Source of the DNA: a virus
Length of the DNA stretch: 64,000 nt
Reading direction: 5' to 3' (one strand)
Virus record (IMG/VR): IMGVR_UViG_3300032116_000016
Positions 48,099 through 57,388 of this stretch are shown here, piece by piece. The translations under genes and the position numbers were made by a program. The notes beneath the pieces are model-generated. The model saw only the letters and a list, made by a program, of their open reading frames with translations, did not search any database and had not been told where the DNA came from. The number at the start of each line of letters is the position of its first letter. Positions within the stretch are counted from its first letter, which is position 1.

Positions 48099-48106
48099 TA
48101 TTTATA
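48099..48106 (+). promoter_or_regulatory. Late-promoter candidate TATTTATA
   Basis: Intergenic, ending 26 nt before the GTG at 48133. Confidence 0.6.
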
Positions 48107-48132
48107 TGAAATGTATAACGTGAGGTGTATTC

Positions 48133-48648
48133 GTGGCTGAGACAAGACTTTCTGGCGCATTAATAAGAACTGGAACGAATATCGGACCTGTGAACAAACT
48201 ATCAGTTGGAGATGTGACCACACCAAGTGGTTCTCTTCATGTTGGCGGTACGACAGTTCTACAACAAATATTAGAAAAAAATACTATTGCTGCGACTGCG
48301 GCAACGGGGACAATTAATTTTAATGTATTATCACAAGGGGTGTTGTATTATACAACCAACTCATCGGGTAATTGGACTCTAAACTTCACAGGTGACATTT
48401 CAACTACATTAAATAATATAATGTATATTGGGCAAAGTTTGAGTTTGGCGTTTTTAGTAACAAACGGTTCTCCCGCATTTTATGTCACATCTCATACAAT
48501 TGATGGTGCTTCTGTAACACCAAAATGGCAAGGTGGTGCTGTTCCCTCAGCGGGTAACACAAATTGTATTGATGTGTATTCGTATGTTATAATAAAAACA
48601 GCAAATGCTACATTTACTGTGTTAGCATCAGTAATACCTTTCGTTTAA
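48133..48648 (+). CDS. Stand-alone fibre-adaptor-like protein
   Basis: GTG start after GAGGTG. ILEK...AATGTINF...KWQGGAVPSAGNTNCIDVYSYVIIKTANATFTVLAS is closely similar to the C-terminus of 3467-6091. Confidence 0.75.
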   Translation: MAETRLSGALIRTGTNIGPVNKLSVGDVTTPSGSLHVGGTTVLQQILEKNTIAATAATGTINFNVLSQGVLYYTTNSSGNWTLNFTGDISTTLNNIMYIGQSLSLAFLVTNGSPAFYVTSHTIDGASVTPKWQGGAVPSAGNTNCIDVYSYVIIKTANATFTVLASVIPFV

Positions 48649-48657
48649 TAAGATTGT

Positions 48658-51600
48658 ATGACTCCGGTACTTGGTGCACGAGGTGGTGCTAGTGTTAGGT
48701 CGTTTGGTTTATTTGGGGCAATAACACCAACGCCTACGCCTTCAATTACTCGTACTCCATCGGTTACACCAAGTATTACTCCGTCGAGAAGCGTAACGCC
48801 TAGTATTACACCATCAATCACAATTACGCCAAGTATTACGCCTTCTATTACTAGAACGCCAAGTATTACTCCGTCAATAACAGTAACAACTACACCTAGT
48901 GTTACTAACACCCCTTCAATTACGATAACTCCGTCTATTACTGCTACTACTACGCCAAGTATTACAGTTACACCTTCTATTACTATTACACCATCTATTA
49001 CAACTACGCCAAGTATTACTAGAACGCCATCTATTACGACTACGCCATCAATTACTATCACCCCAAGTATTACTAGAACGCCTTCTATTACGACTACACC
49101 AAGCGTAACTAAAACGCCAAGTATTACTACTACGCCGTCTATTACCACTACGCCGTCTATTACCACTACGCCAAGTATTACGCCAAGTATTACTGTTACA
49201 CCATCTATTACTAAAACGCCAAGTATTACGCCAAGTATTACCATTACACCATCTATTACTAAAACACCTTCTATTACTACAACACCGAGTGTTACCAGAA
49301 CGCCATCTATTACGGTAACCCCAAGTATCACACCTTCTATTACTACAACGCCAAGCGTAACAACTACGCCAAGTGTTACACCATCTATTACCACTACACC
49401 GTCTATCACAACTACTCCAAGTATTACTACAACGCCGTCTATTACAACTACCCCTAGTGTTACCACGACGCCAAGCGTTACGCCATCTATTACTACCACT
49501 CCTAGTATTACCAGAACACCAAGTATTACTACCACGCCTTCTATTACTACAACACCAAGTGTTACCAAAACACCATCTATTACTACTACGCCAAGTATTA
49601 CTACCACGCCTTCTATTACGACTACACCATCTATTACTACTACGCCAAGTATTACTCCAAGTATTACACCGTCAATTACCACTACGCCGTCTATTACCAC
49701 TACGCCGTCTATTACCACTACGCCGTCTATTACCACAACACCGTCAGTTACAACTACTCCAAGTATTACAGTTACACCATCTATTACTAAAACGCCAAGT
49801 ATTACGCCAAGTATTACGTCTTCGCCGGGGATTAGTGTAACCCCAAGTATTACGGTAACACCGTCTATTACTACTACGCCTTCTATTACAAAAACACCGA
49901 GTGTTACGGTAACGCCTTCTATTACTACTACGCCGTCTATTACCACAACACCGAGTATTACTCCATCAATTACAACTACGCCTTCTATTACCACAACACC
50001 ATCTGTTACAAATACACCAAGTATCACTACAACACCATCAGTAACTACTACACCGTCTATCACCACCACGCCTAGTGTTACTACCACACCAAGTATTACT
50101 CCATCTATTACCACTACACCATCTATTACTACCACACCAAGTATTACCAAAACGCCTTCTATTACAACTACGCCTTCTATTACTACAACGCCAAGTATTA
50201 CCAAAACGCCTTCTATTACGACTACACCAAGTATTACGGTAACGCCGTCTATTACTACCACGCCATCAGTAACTACTACACCATCTATTACAACTACACC
50301 AAGTATTACGCCAAGTATTACGACAACGCCTTCTATTACTACTACACCATCTATTACAAGAACGCCAAGTATTACTACTACGCCTTCTATTACTAAAACG
50401 CCGAGTATTACGATAACGCCTTCTATTACAAGAACGCCTAGTGTTACGGTAACGCCTTCTATCACAACTACACCAAGCATTACACCATCCATTACGACTA
50501 CTCCATCTATTACCACCACACCAAGTATTACCACTACGCCTTCTATTACTACTACGCCCAGTATTACGCCGTCTATTACCACTACGCCGTCTATTACCAG
50601 AACGCCGTCTATTACGACTACGCCAAGTATTACGCCAAGTATTACGATAACGCCTTCTGTCACTACAACACCAAGTATTACTACAACGCCTTCTGTTACT
50701 ATTACGCCTAGTATTACACCATCTATTACCACTACGCCTTCTATTACTAGAACCCCGAGTATTACTACTACACCGTCTATTACTGTTACGCCAAGTATTA
50801 CTCCATCAATTACAACTACGCCATCTATTACTAAAACGCCAAGTATTACTACCACACCGTCTATTACAACCACACCTTCCGTAACTAGAACGCCAAGTAT
50901 TACCACTACGCCTTCTATTACCAGAACGCCGTCTATTACTACAACACCTAGCATTACACCTTCTATTACCATTACGCCAAGTATTACTACAACACCAAGT
51001 GTAACTCCGTCTATTACCACCACACCATCTATTACGACTACACCAAGTATTACTACAACACCGTCTATTACAACTACACCAAGTATTACTCCATCTATTA
51101 CAACTACACCAAGTATTACAAAAACGCCTTCTATTACTAGAACCCCAAGTATTACCACTACACCAAGTATTACAACAACGCCAAGTATTACTAAAACGCC
51201 GTCAATTACTACTACACCTTCTATCACTACAACGCCAAGTATTACTACAACGCCAAGTATTACTCCAAGTATTACTAAAACGCCTTCTATTACTACAACG
51301 CCAAGTATTACTACAACGCCGAGTATTACCGTAACGCCAAGTATTACTCCATCAATTACAACTACGCCATCTATTACTAAAACGCCAAGTATTACCGTTA
51401 CACCATCTGTTACCATCACACCATCTATTACTACTACTCCTAGTATTACCAGAACACCAAGTATTACGACAACGCCTTCTATTACTACAACGCCTTCTAT
51501 TACTACAACGCCGAGTATTACTCCAAGTATTACGGTAACGCCTTCTATTACTACAACGCCTTCTATTACGAAAACGCCGAGTGTTACTACAACGCCAAGT

Positions 51601-53307
51601 ATTACTACTACACCGTCTATTACTAGAACGCCAAGCGTAACAACTACGCCATCTATTACTACCACGCCTAGTATTACCAGAACACCAAGTATTACTCCTA
51701 GTATTACGCCGTCTATTACCACTACACCATCTATTACGACTACACCAAGTATTACCAGAACACCAAGTATTACGACAACGCCTTCTATTACTACAACACC
51801 ATCTATTACTACTACGCCAAGTATTACTAGAACGCCGTCTATTACGACTACACCATCTATTACTACTACGCCAAGTATTACTCCAAGTATTACCATCACG
51901 CCAAGTATTACCAAAACACCGTCTATTACCACTACGCCAAGCATTACTACAACGCCTTCTATTACAAGAACGCCAAGTATCACGCCAAGTATTACAACAA
52001 CGCCGTCTATTACTAGAACGCCAAGTATTACTACAACACCGTCTATTACTAGAACGCCGTCTATTACTAGAACGCCGAGTATTACCACTACGCCGTCTAT
52101 TACCAGAACACCGTCTATTACGCCTTCTAACACACCGGGAACAATGGTTATTGAACTTGCTAGTGGGTCAGCAAGTAGTAATACAACAACGGGAGCATCT
52201 ACAGGATCACATACATGGACCGTACAATCAAACGCTACAGCGTTAGTAGCACGTGTGGCTTCACAGGCAGAATTTCCAACATACGGTAAACCGACAGCAA
52301 TGTGGTGGTCTGGAAGTTGGGGAAGAACCGCATTAACAATGCAACAAGAATCAGCTAATATTGGTGATGGTATTGCTCTAACAATCTGGACATTATTCAG
52401 TCCAAATTCTGGCACAGGTGCATTAGAAATTGCGTATAACGGTACTATGTATTATCGTATGTATCATACTAATTATAAAAATGCTGTAGCCGTGTGGGAT
52501 AAAGATTTTACCAGTACAAACGGCACAAGTATGTTCGTTCCATTATACACAGATGCGGATAATAGTTCTTTAATGATTGGAATTGGTGTTGGAGTAAATG
52601 CATTCGGTTCACCAAGTACGTTGTCAGCGGCAGGAGGATCTACCTCGGAATGGACAACAACCAGTACGGCATTGACATATGATTTTGAAGTAAATATGTC
52701 CAAAAAATATGCATCAAGTACAGCTGGACAGTTAGATTGGACCCACAGCCAGACGTTAAATATTAAAGCAGCGGCAATTCAATTAGAAAATATTATACCA
52801 TCAGTAACACCGACTATTACACCGACACCGACGATAACTCCATCTAAAACAAGAACGCCATCGCCAGTGACGCCTTCGCCAACGCCGTCACCGACGCCAT
52901 CGCCAGTAACGCCGTCACCTGTAACGCCTTCACCTGTTACCCCATCACCAGTAACACCATCACCAGTAACGCCTTCGCCAACACCATCACCAACACCTTC
53001 GCCAGTAACACCATCACCGGTAACGCCTTCACCAACGCCGTCACCAACACCATCGCCAGTAACGCCTTCGCCAACACCATCACCAACACCTGCACCAGTA
53101 ACGCCTTCGCCAACACCAGCACCAACACCTGCACCAGTAACACCTGCACCAACACCCGCACCAGTAACACCATCACCGACATCTTCGTGTCAAGACGGCA
53201 CGTATGCGTGTATTGGAGTAAATCTATACTATTGTAATCTCGGAACTTATGAACTAGCATGTGTGGATTATGTAGACTGTGGTGGAAGTCAATTCCTTTG
53301 TACGTAA
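48658..53307 (+). CDS. Giant mucin-like virion fibre protein with central globular domain and Cys-rich tip
   Basis: MTPVLGARGGASVRSFG leader, ~1140-aa TTTPSI stalk, ~220-aa beta domain, VTPSP linker and C-terminal ...CVDYVDCGGSQFLCT. Confidence 0.85.
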   Translation: MTPVLGARGGASVRSFGLFGAITPTPTPSITRTPSVTPSITPSRSVTPSITPSITITPSITPSITRTPSITPSITVTTTPSVTNTPSITITPSITATTTPSITVTPSITITPSITTTPSITRTPSITTTPSITITPSITRTPSITTTPSVTKTPSITTTPSITTTPSITTTPSITPSITVTPSITKTPSITPSITITPSITKTPSITTTPSVTRTPSITVTPSITPSITTTPSVTTTPSVTPSITTTPSITTTPSITTTPSITTTPSVTTTPSVTPSITTTPSITRTPSITTTPSITTTPSVTKTPSITTTPSITTTPSITTTPSITTTPSITPSITPSITTTPSITTTPSITTTPSITTTPSVTTTPSITVTPSITKTPSITPSITSSPGISVTPSITVTPSITTTPSITKTPSVTVTPSITTTPSITTTPSITPSITTTPSITTTPSVTNTPSITTTPSVTTTPSITTTPSVTTTPSITPSITTTPSITTTPSITKTPSITTTPSITTTPSITKTPSITTTPSITVTPSITTTPSVTTTPSITTTPSITPSITTTPSITTTPSITRTPSITTTPSITKTPSITITPSITRTPSVTVTPSITTTPSITPSITTTPSITTTPSITTTPSITTTPSITPSITTTPSITRTPSITTTPSITPSITITPSVTTTPSITTTPSVTITPSITPSITTTPSITRTPSITTTPSITVTPSITPSITTTPSITKTPSITTTPSITTTPSVTRTPSITTTPSITRTPSITTTPSITPSITITPSITTTPSVTPSITTTPSITTTPSITTTPSITTTPSITPSITTTPSITKTPSITRTPSITTTPSITTTPSITKTPSITTTPSITTTPSITTTPSITPSITKTPSITTTPSITTTPSITVTPSITPSITTTPSITKTPSITVTPSVTITPSITTTPSITRTPSITTTPSITTTPSITTTPSITPSITVTPSITTTPSITKTPSVTTTPSITTTPSITRTPSVTTTPSITTTPSITRTPSITPSITPSITTTPSITTTPSITRTPSITTTPSITTTPSITTTPSITRTPSITTTPSITTTPSITPSITITPSITKTPSITTTPSITTTPSITRTPSITPSITTTPSITRTPSITTTPSITRTPSITRTPSITTTPSITRTPSITPSNTPGTMVIELASGSASSNTTTGASTGSHTWTVQSNATALVARVASQAEFPTYGKPTAMWWSGSWGRTALTMQQESANIGDGIALTIWTLFSPNSGTGALEIAYNGTMYYRMYHTNYKNAVAVWDKDFTSTNGTSMFVPLYTDADNSSLMIGIGVGVNAFGSPSTLSAAGGSTSEWTTTSTALTYDFEVNMSKKYASSTAGQLDWTHSQTLNIKAAAIQLENIIPSVTPTITPTPTITPSKTRTPSPVTPSPTPSPTPSPVTPSPVTPSPVTPSPVTPSPVTPSPTPSPTPSPVTPSPVTPSPTPSPTPSPVTPSPTPSPTPAPVTPSPTPAPTPAPVTPAPTPAPVTPSPTSSCQDGTYACIGVNLYYCNLGTYELACVDYVDCGGSQFLCT
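48720..52130 (+). repeat. Degenerate tandem coding repeat (TTTPSI / TRTPSI / TKTPSI units)
   Basis: Same unit family as the arrays at 6150-7430 and 44150-47780. Boundaries are approximate. Confidence 0.92.
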
Positions 53308-53340
53308 AAATAACGGTAACTTAAAATTTAGAGAATAAAT

Positions 53341-53772
53341 ATGAATACATTTCAAGATTTACAATTATTGGTTGATGCTAACGCAATAATCCAAAATTAT
53401 AACTGTGTGGATAATACAACGTGTGATGCTTTAAAATCACTCACCACGGGAAACGGATTATATCGACAAATTCATTATTTAATTGATAAACAAACACCTT
53501 TTAGAGTGTTATGGTTGCAATACGACACCACAGATGATGAGTTTATATTAAATTTATCGTGTTTTGATAAAGATAAAAACGTTATAACTCCTTTAGATTT
53601 TACGAATAGGGTTGAAGGCCCATCAAAAACATTAGTACAATCGTATATTAATACCAATCCAATAAAATGGATAAAAACGGTACCAAATGAATATAGTCTC
53701 ATGTATACGACTCAAAATGCTAATATAGGACAGAAACTACAAAATACTTTACCAATAATTAAAAAGCTGTAG
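53341..53772 (+). CDS. Hypothetical protein
   Basis: 143 aa ORF between the mucin-like gene and the glycosylation operon; no recognised motif. Confidence 0.6.
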   Translation: MNTFQDLQLLVDANAIIQNYNCVDNTTCDALKSLTTGNGLYRQIHYLIDKQTPFRVLWLQYDTTDDEFILNLSCFDKDKNVITPLDFTNRVEGPSKTLVQSYINTNPIKWIKTVPNEYSLMYTTQNANIGQKLQNTLPIIKKL

Positions 53773-53778
53773 TAAACC

Positions 53779-53807
53779 TTGACTTGTTAAGTCGAGTAGA
53801 TTATATT
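53779..53807 (+). promoter_or_regulatory. Sigma70-type promoter for the glycosylation operon
   Basis: TTGACT (53779-84), 17-bp spacer, TATATT (53802-07). A short inverted repeat GACTT-gtt-AAGTC overlaps the -35 box. Confidence 0.6.
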
Positions 53808-53824
53808 TTTCTATTGACGTAAAC

Positions 53825-53832
53825 TATTTATA
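53825..53832 (+). promoter_or_regulatory. Late-promoter candidate TATTTATA
   Basis: Intergenic, ending 31 nt before the ATG at 53864. Confidence 0.55.
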
Positions 53833-53863
53833 CTTGTGTACAGGTTATATAAATGAGGGTTTT

Positions 53864-55183
53864 ATGACTACAAAAAAGAAAGTTGTTAAAAAGACTGTAA
53901 GAAATCAGAGTATAAAAAAGACTGCTGGACGAGTTAAAAAGAAAGTACCTACTATTTTCGTTCAAATTGCAGCATACCGTGATCCAGAATTATTACACAC
54001 TCTTCGCAGTTTATTACAAAACGCAGATCATCCAGAAAATTTGACTATTGCCATTGGTTGGCAGCATTCTCCCTATGAGAAGTGGGATAATTTAGATGAG
54101 TTCAAAGATGACACAAGATTTAAGATAATAGATATAGATTATCGTAAATCTAAAGGTGTTTGCTGGATGCGTGAAAAAATACAGAAATTGTATAATGGCG
54201 AAACTTATACACTACAACTAGATTCACATCATAGATTTACCGAACATTGGGATACGCAAGTAATAGAAATGTTAGAAGGATTGCGTAGTAAAGGACACAC
54301 AAAACCACTGCTGAGTTCATACTTACCAGATTTTAATCCAGTAACAGGACCTGAAGGTGAATTACCTGCTCCGTGGATTATGGAATTTGACAGATTTGGT
54401 CCAGAAGGGCCAGTACACTTCTTACCACATACAATAGACGATTGGAGAGAACTGACATCACCAGTTCCATCAAGATTCATGTCTGGTCATTTTATATTTG
54501 CTGACGGAATATTTGTTAAAGAAGTTCCGTATGACCCAAATTATTATTTTCACGGTGAAGAAATTGATTTATCTGTTCGTTCTTATATGGCGGGGTACGA
54601 TCTATTCGCACCACACAGAACTATTGCTTGGCACGAATACTATAGAGAAGGAAAGAGTAAACATTGGGAGGACCATACAAATTGGGCATCAGAAGATAGA
54701 ATCTCACACGCATATCATCGCAAAATGTACGGTATTGAATCGAAGAACAGAAAATTAAAAGATAATGTACGAACACTTCAGGAATATGAAATGTATGCTG
54801 GATTGGAGTTTTCTACAAAACGTGCTCATACGATGACCATACAAAAAATACGCCCTCCAGTTTCTTTAGATGTAGAATCCCATACACAAGGATTGGTTCC
54901 TTATCATAAAGTATGTATTGATGTGTATAAAGGATCATTACCAGAGAAGGATTATAATTTCTGGGTAGTTGCGTTTACAAATAAAGATGGAATAGAATTT
55001 CATAGACATGATGCTGATGAAAATGAAATAAATATGGCTATGAGTGTACCTTATGAAGCAGATAAGTTTGTGCATATATGGAGAGCATTCTATTCTGATC
55101 AACCAGCTGATGGGTGGATCGTGTGGCCTCATAGTAAGAGTAATGGGTGGTGTGAAAGATTAACTGGTAAATTTGGACGATAA
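53864..55183 (+). CDS. GT60/GT27-like polypeptide N-acetylhexosaminyltransferase, paralog 1
   Basis: IFVQIAAYRDPEL, SKGVCW.R, YTLQLDSHHRF (DxH), FHGEEIDLSVRSYMAGYDLFAP: the pattern of the Skp1/T. cruzi-type GlcNAc-transferase family. Start placed at ATG 53864 after GAGG. Confidence 0.85.
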   Translation: MTTKKKVVKKTVRNQSIKKTAGRVKKKVPTIFVQIAAYRDPELLHTLRSLLQNADHPENLTIAIGWQHSPYEKWDNLDEFKDDTRFKIIDIDYRKSKGVCWMREKIQKLYNGETYTLQLDSHHRFTEHWDTQVIEMLEGLRSKGHTKPLLSSYLPDFNPVTGPEGELPAPWIMEFDRFGPEGPVHFLPHTIDDWRELTSPVPSRFMSGHFIFADGIFVKEVPYDPNYYFHGEEIDLSVRSYMAGYDLFAPHRTIAWHEYYREGKSKHWEDHTNWASEDRISHAYHRKMYGIESKNRKLKDNVRTLQEYEMYAGLEFSTKRAHTMTIQKIRPPVSLDVESHTQGLVPYHKVCIDVYKGSLPEKDYNFWVVAFTNKDGIEFHRHDADENEINMAMSVPYEADKFVHIWRAFYSDQPADGWIVWPHSKSNGWCERLTGKFGR

Positions 55184-55184
55184 T

Positions 55185-56426
55185 ATGAGAAAAAATAAAA
55201 ATATTTTCGTTCAAATTGCAGCATACCGTGATCCAGAATTACTACCCACTATTCGTGATTGTATATCCAATGCGAAGAACCCGGAAAATCTTCGATTCTG
55301 TATTGCGTGGCAGCATTCTAACGAAGATGTCTGGGACAATTTAGATGAGTTTAAAAACGATTCACGATTTATAATTCTAGATATTCCACATCTACAGACA
55401 AAAGGAACGTGTTGGGCACGGTATCAAATCCAACAACATTGGAACGGAGAAGCATATACCCTACAATTAGATTCACATCATCGTTTTGCTAAAAATTGGG
55501 ATAGTATGCTAATTAAGATGGTCAAAGATTTACAAAAAGCAGGATATAAAAAACCATTATTGACTGCATATATGTCAAGTTATGAACCACATAACGATCC
55601 CACGGGACGAGCACCAGACCCGTGGTTCTTAACATTTGACAGATTCACTCCAGCTGGAGCAGTATTTTTTATACCCGCTGTTATTCCTGATTGGAAAAAT
55701 CGTAAATTACCATATCCAAGTAGATTTTATTCCGCTCATTTTGGATTCACACTTGGACAATTTTGTAAAGAAGTTCCTCACGATCCGAACTACTTGTTTC
55801 ACGGTGAGGAAATTTCTATTGCCGCACGAGCGTATACGTGGGGATATGATTTGTTTGCGGCACATAAACCTGTAGTGTGGCACGAATATTCACGAAATCA
55901 CCGCCCTCGTAAATCGTGGGACGACATATCAGATTGGACTAATTGGGATAATCAATCGTTGGCACGTAACAGAAGATTGTTAAACGTGGATAACGAGAAT
56001 GACCCTAATGAAGATTTTGGAGAATTTGGATTTGGTACACAACGTACACTACAGCAGTACGAAGAATATGCGGGAATACAATTTTCTACAAGAAGTATAC
56101 AAAAACATACGTTAGAACATCGTGAACCACCCAACCCGCCAAATCAACCATTCTTTAGAATTTTTAAACATTGTATTGATTTACCATATCAATATGTACC
56201 GTATAATGACTATGATTTTTGGGCGGTAGCATTTGAAGATGAATTTGGTAACGAGATATATAGACACGATGCTACAGAAGATGATATCATACAAATGAAG
56301 AATGATCCTGACGGATATTGTAAATTGTGGAGACAGTTTCACGCAACGGCAAAACCCGCCAGATGGATTGTTTGGCCACATTCTAAATCACACGGATGGT
56401 GTGATCGATTGGTTGGAGATATCTAA
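55185..56426 (+). CDS. GT60/GT27-like polypeptide N-acetylhexosaminyltransferase, paralog 2
   Basis: IFVQIAAYRDPEL, TKGTCWAR, YTLQLDSHHRF, FHGEEISIAARAYTWGYDLF. Shares its C-terminal domain with paralog 1. Confidence 0.85.
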   Translation: MRKNKNIFVQIAAYRDPELLPTIRDCISNAKNPENLRFCIAWQHSNEDVWDNLDEFKNDSRFIILDIPHLQTKGTCWARYQIQQHWNGEAYTLQLDSHHRFAKNWDSMLIKMVKDLQKAGYKKPLLTAYMSSYEPHNDPTGRAPDPWFLTFDRFTPAGAVFFIPAVIPDWKNRKLPYPSRFYSAHFGFTLGQFCKEVPHDPNYLFHGEEISIAARAYTWGYDLFAAHKPVVWHEYSRNHRPRKSWDDISDWTNWDNQSLARNRRLLNVDNENDPNEDFGEFGFGTQRTLQQYEEYAGIQFSTRSIQKHTLEHREPPNPPNQPFFRIFKHCIDLPYQYVPYNDYDFWAVAFEDEFGNEIYRHDATEDDIIQMKNDPDGYCKLWRQFHATAKPARWIVWPHSKSHGWCDRLVGDI

Positions 56427-56427
56427 A

Positions 56428-57387
56428 ATGCAGCACAAAACAAAATTACGTATTCATAATTCCTGCAACAAGTACACTAGGTATTATAGATATTATAATT
56501 TTTTTTGGGATGCTTTGACTTACGAGTTAGGTAAAACGTTTGAAATTGAAGAAAACAGATATTTCGAACATGCCCATACAATACCAATGCCAATAAAACT
56601 CAAAAAGGCAAAATGTGATTTAGAAATTTATGAATCAGACTACGTTATAGAAAACGTAGAATCGGGTGACTTCTATATATTGACAGCGTGTGATGTATTG
56701 ACCGGACACGTAATAGCTGAAAGAGAGAATCCACACTTAAAAAAAGTATTGGTGGCACAGTACATAGACCAAATTATTAAACACAACGTAGAAAATCCAC
56801 ATACCAGTAAATATTCCCCATGGATTTATTTTCAAAGTGGATTGACTAATTTAGAAGAATATTTTTATAAAAGAAAGTTAATACTCAATTTTAATAAAAA
56901 ATTATACTTTCGTGGTAAAATTGATGACCGTCCTATTTTAAAGTACTTTTCTCCATCTATCTTGGAATCAGGCCAAACAATTAATCAAAATGATTATTTC
57001 AACGAAGCAATTAATCACGAAATCGGATTATCCATAGGCGGTGTTGGTGAGTTGTGTTATAGAGATATTGAATATATGGGAATGGGTATACCGTTTTTGC
57101 GTTTTGAATTCGCTAGCAGTCTTAAAGAACCATTAATTCCAAATGTACACTATATTTCAGTAGATAGGCCGAATGACTTACCAACAGAACAACGTACTTG
57201 TGGTGTTGGATTAGATAGGATGGGATTAGAACATCACGCAAAGTTAATAGAGCAACGTTATTTAGAAGTAATAGATGACAAAGAATTTTTAAGATTTGTA
57301 TCTACTAATGCAAGAGAGTATTATGAAAAATATCTTATGTATCCGAACAATGTAAGACACACAATTAATTGGTTGGGGTTAGAATAA
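56428..57387 (+). CDS. Putative GT-B glycosyltransferase (CgeB/GT90-like C-terminal domain)
   Basis: LYFRG...GLSIGGVGELCYRDIEYMGMGIPFL...LIPNVHYISV...NAREYYEKY. Start placed at ATG 56428. Confidence 0.55.
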   Translation: MQHKTKLRIHNSCNKYTRYYRYYNFFWDALTYELGKTFEIEENRYFEHAHTIPMPIKLKKAKCDLEIYESDYVIENVESGDFYILTACDVLTGHVIAERENPHLKKVLVAQYIDQIIKHNVENPHTSKYSPWIYFQSGLTNLEEYFYKRKLILNFNKKLYFRGKIDDRPILKYFSPSILESGQTINQNDYFNEAINHEIGLSIGGVGELCYRDIEYMGMGIPFLRFEFASSLKEPLIPNVHYISVDRPNDLPTEQRTCGVGLDRMGLEHHAKLIEQRYLEVIDDKEFLRFVSTNAREYYEKYLMYPNNVRHTINWLGLE

Positions 57388-57388
57388 T

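Noticed and set aside
44839-49840. Alternative-frame plus-strand ORFs rich in L/H/Q (e.g. 44839, 46585, 49373; also 6317)
   Set aside because: Frame-shifted read-outs of the same repeats, nested within the true ORFs.
43949-52415. Very long minus-strand ORFs (43949-47545, 48645-52415, also 6057-7292) of VVIDG/VILG repeats
   Set aside because: These are shadows of the low-complexity TTTPSI sense repeats, which rarely create antisense stops. They lack a plausible start context and lie opposite well-supported plus-strand genes.
53814-53840. Second TTGACG -35 box
   Set aside because: No acceptable -10 hexamer at 16-18 bp spacing (TATACT lies only 9 bp away).
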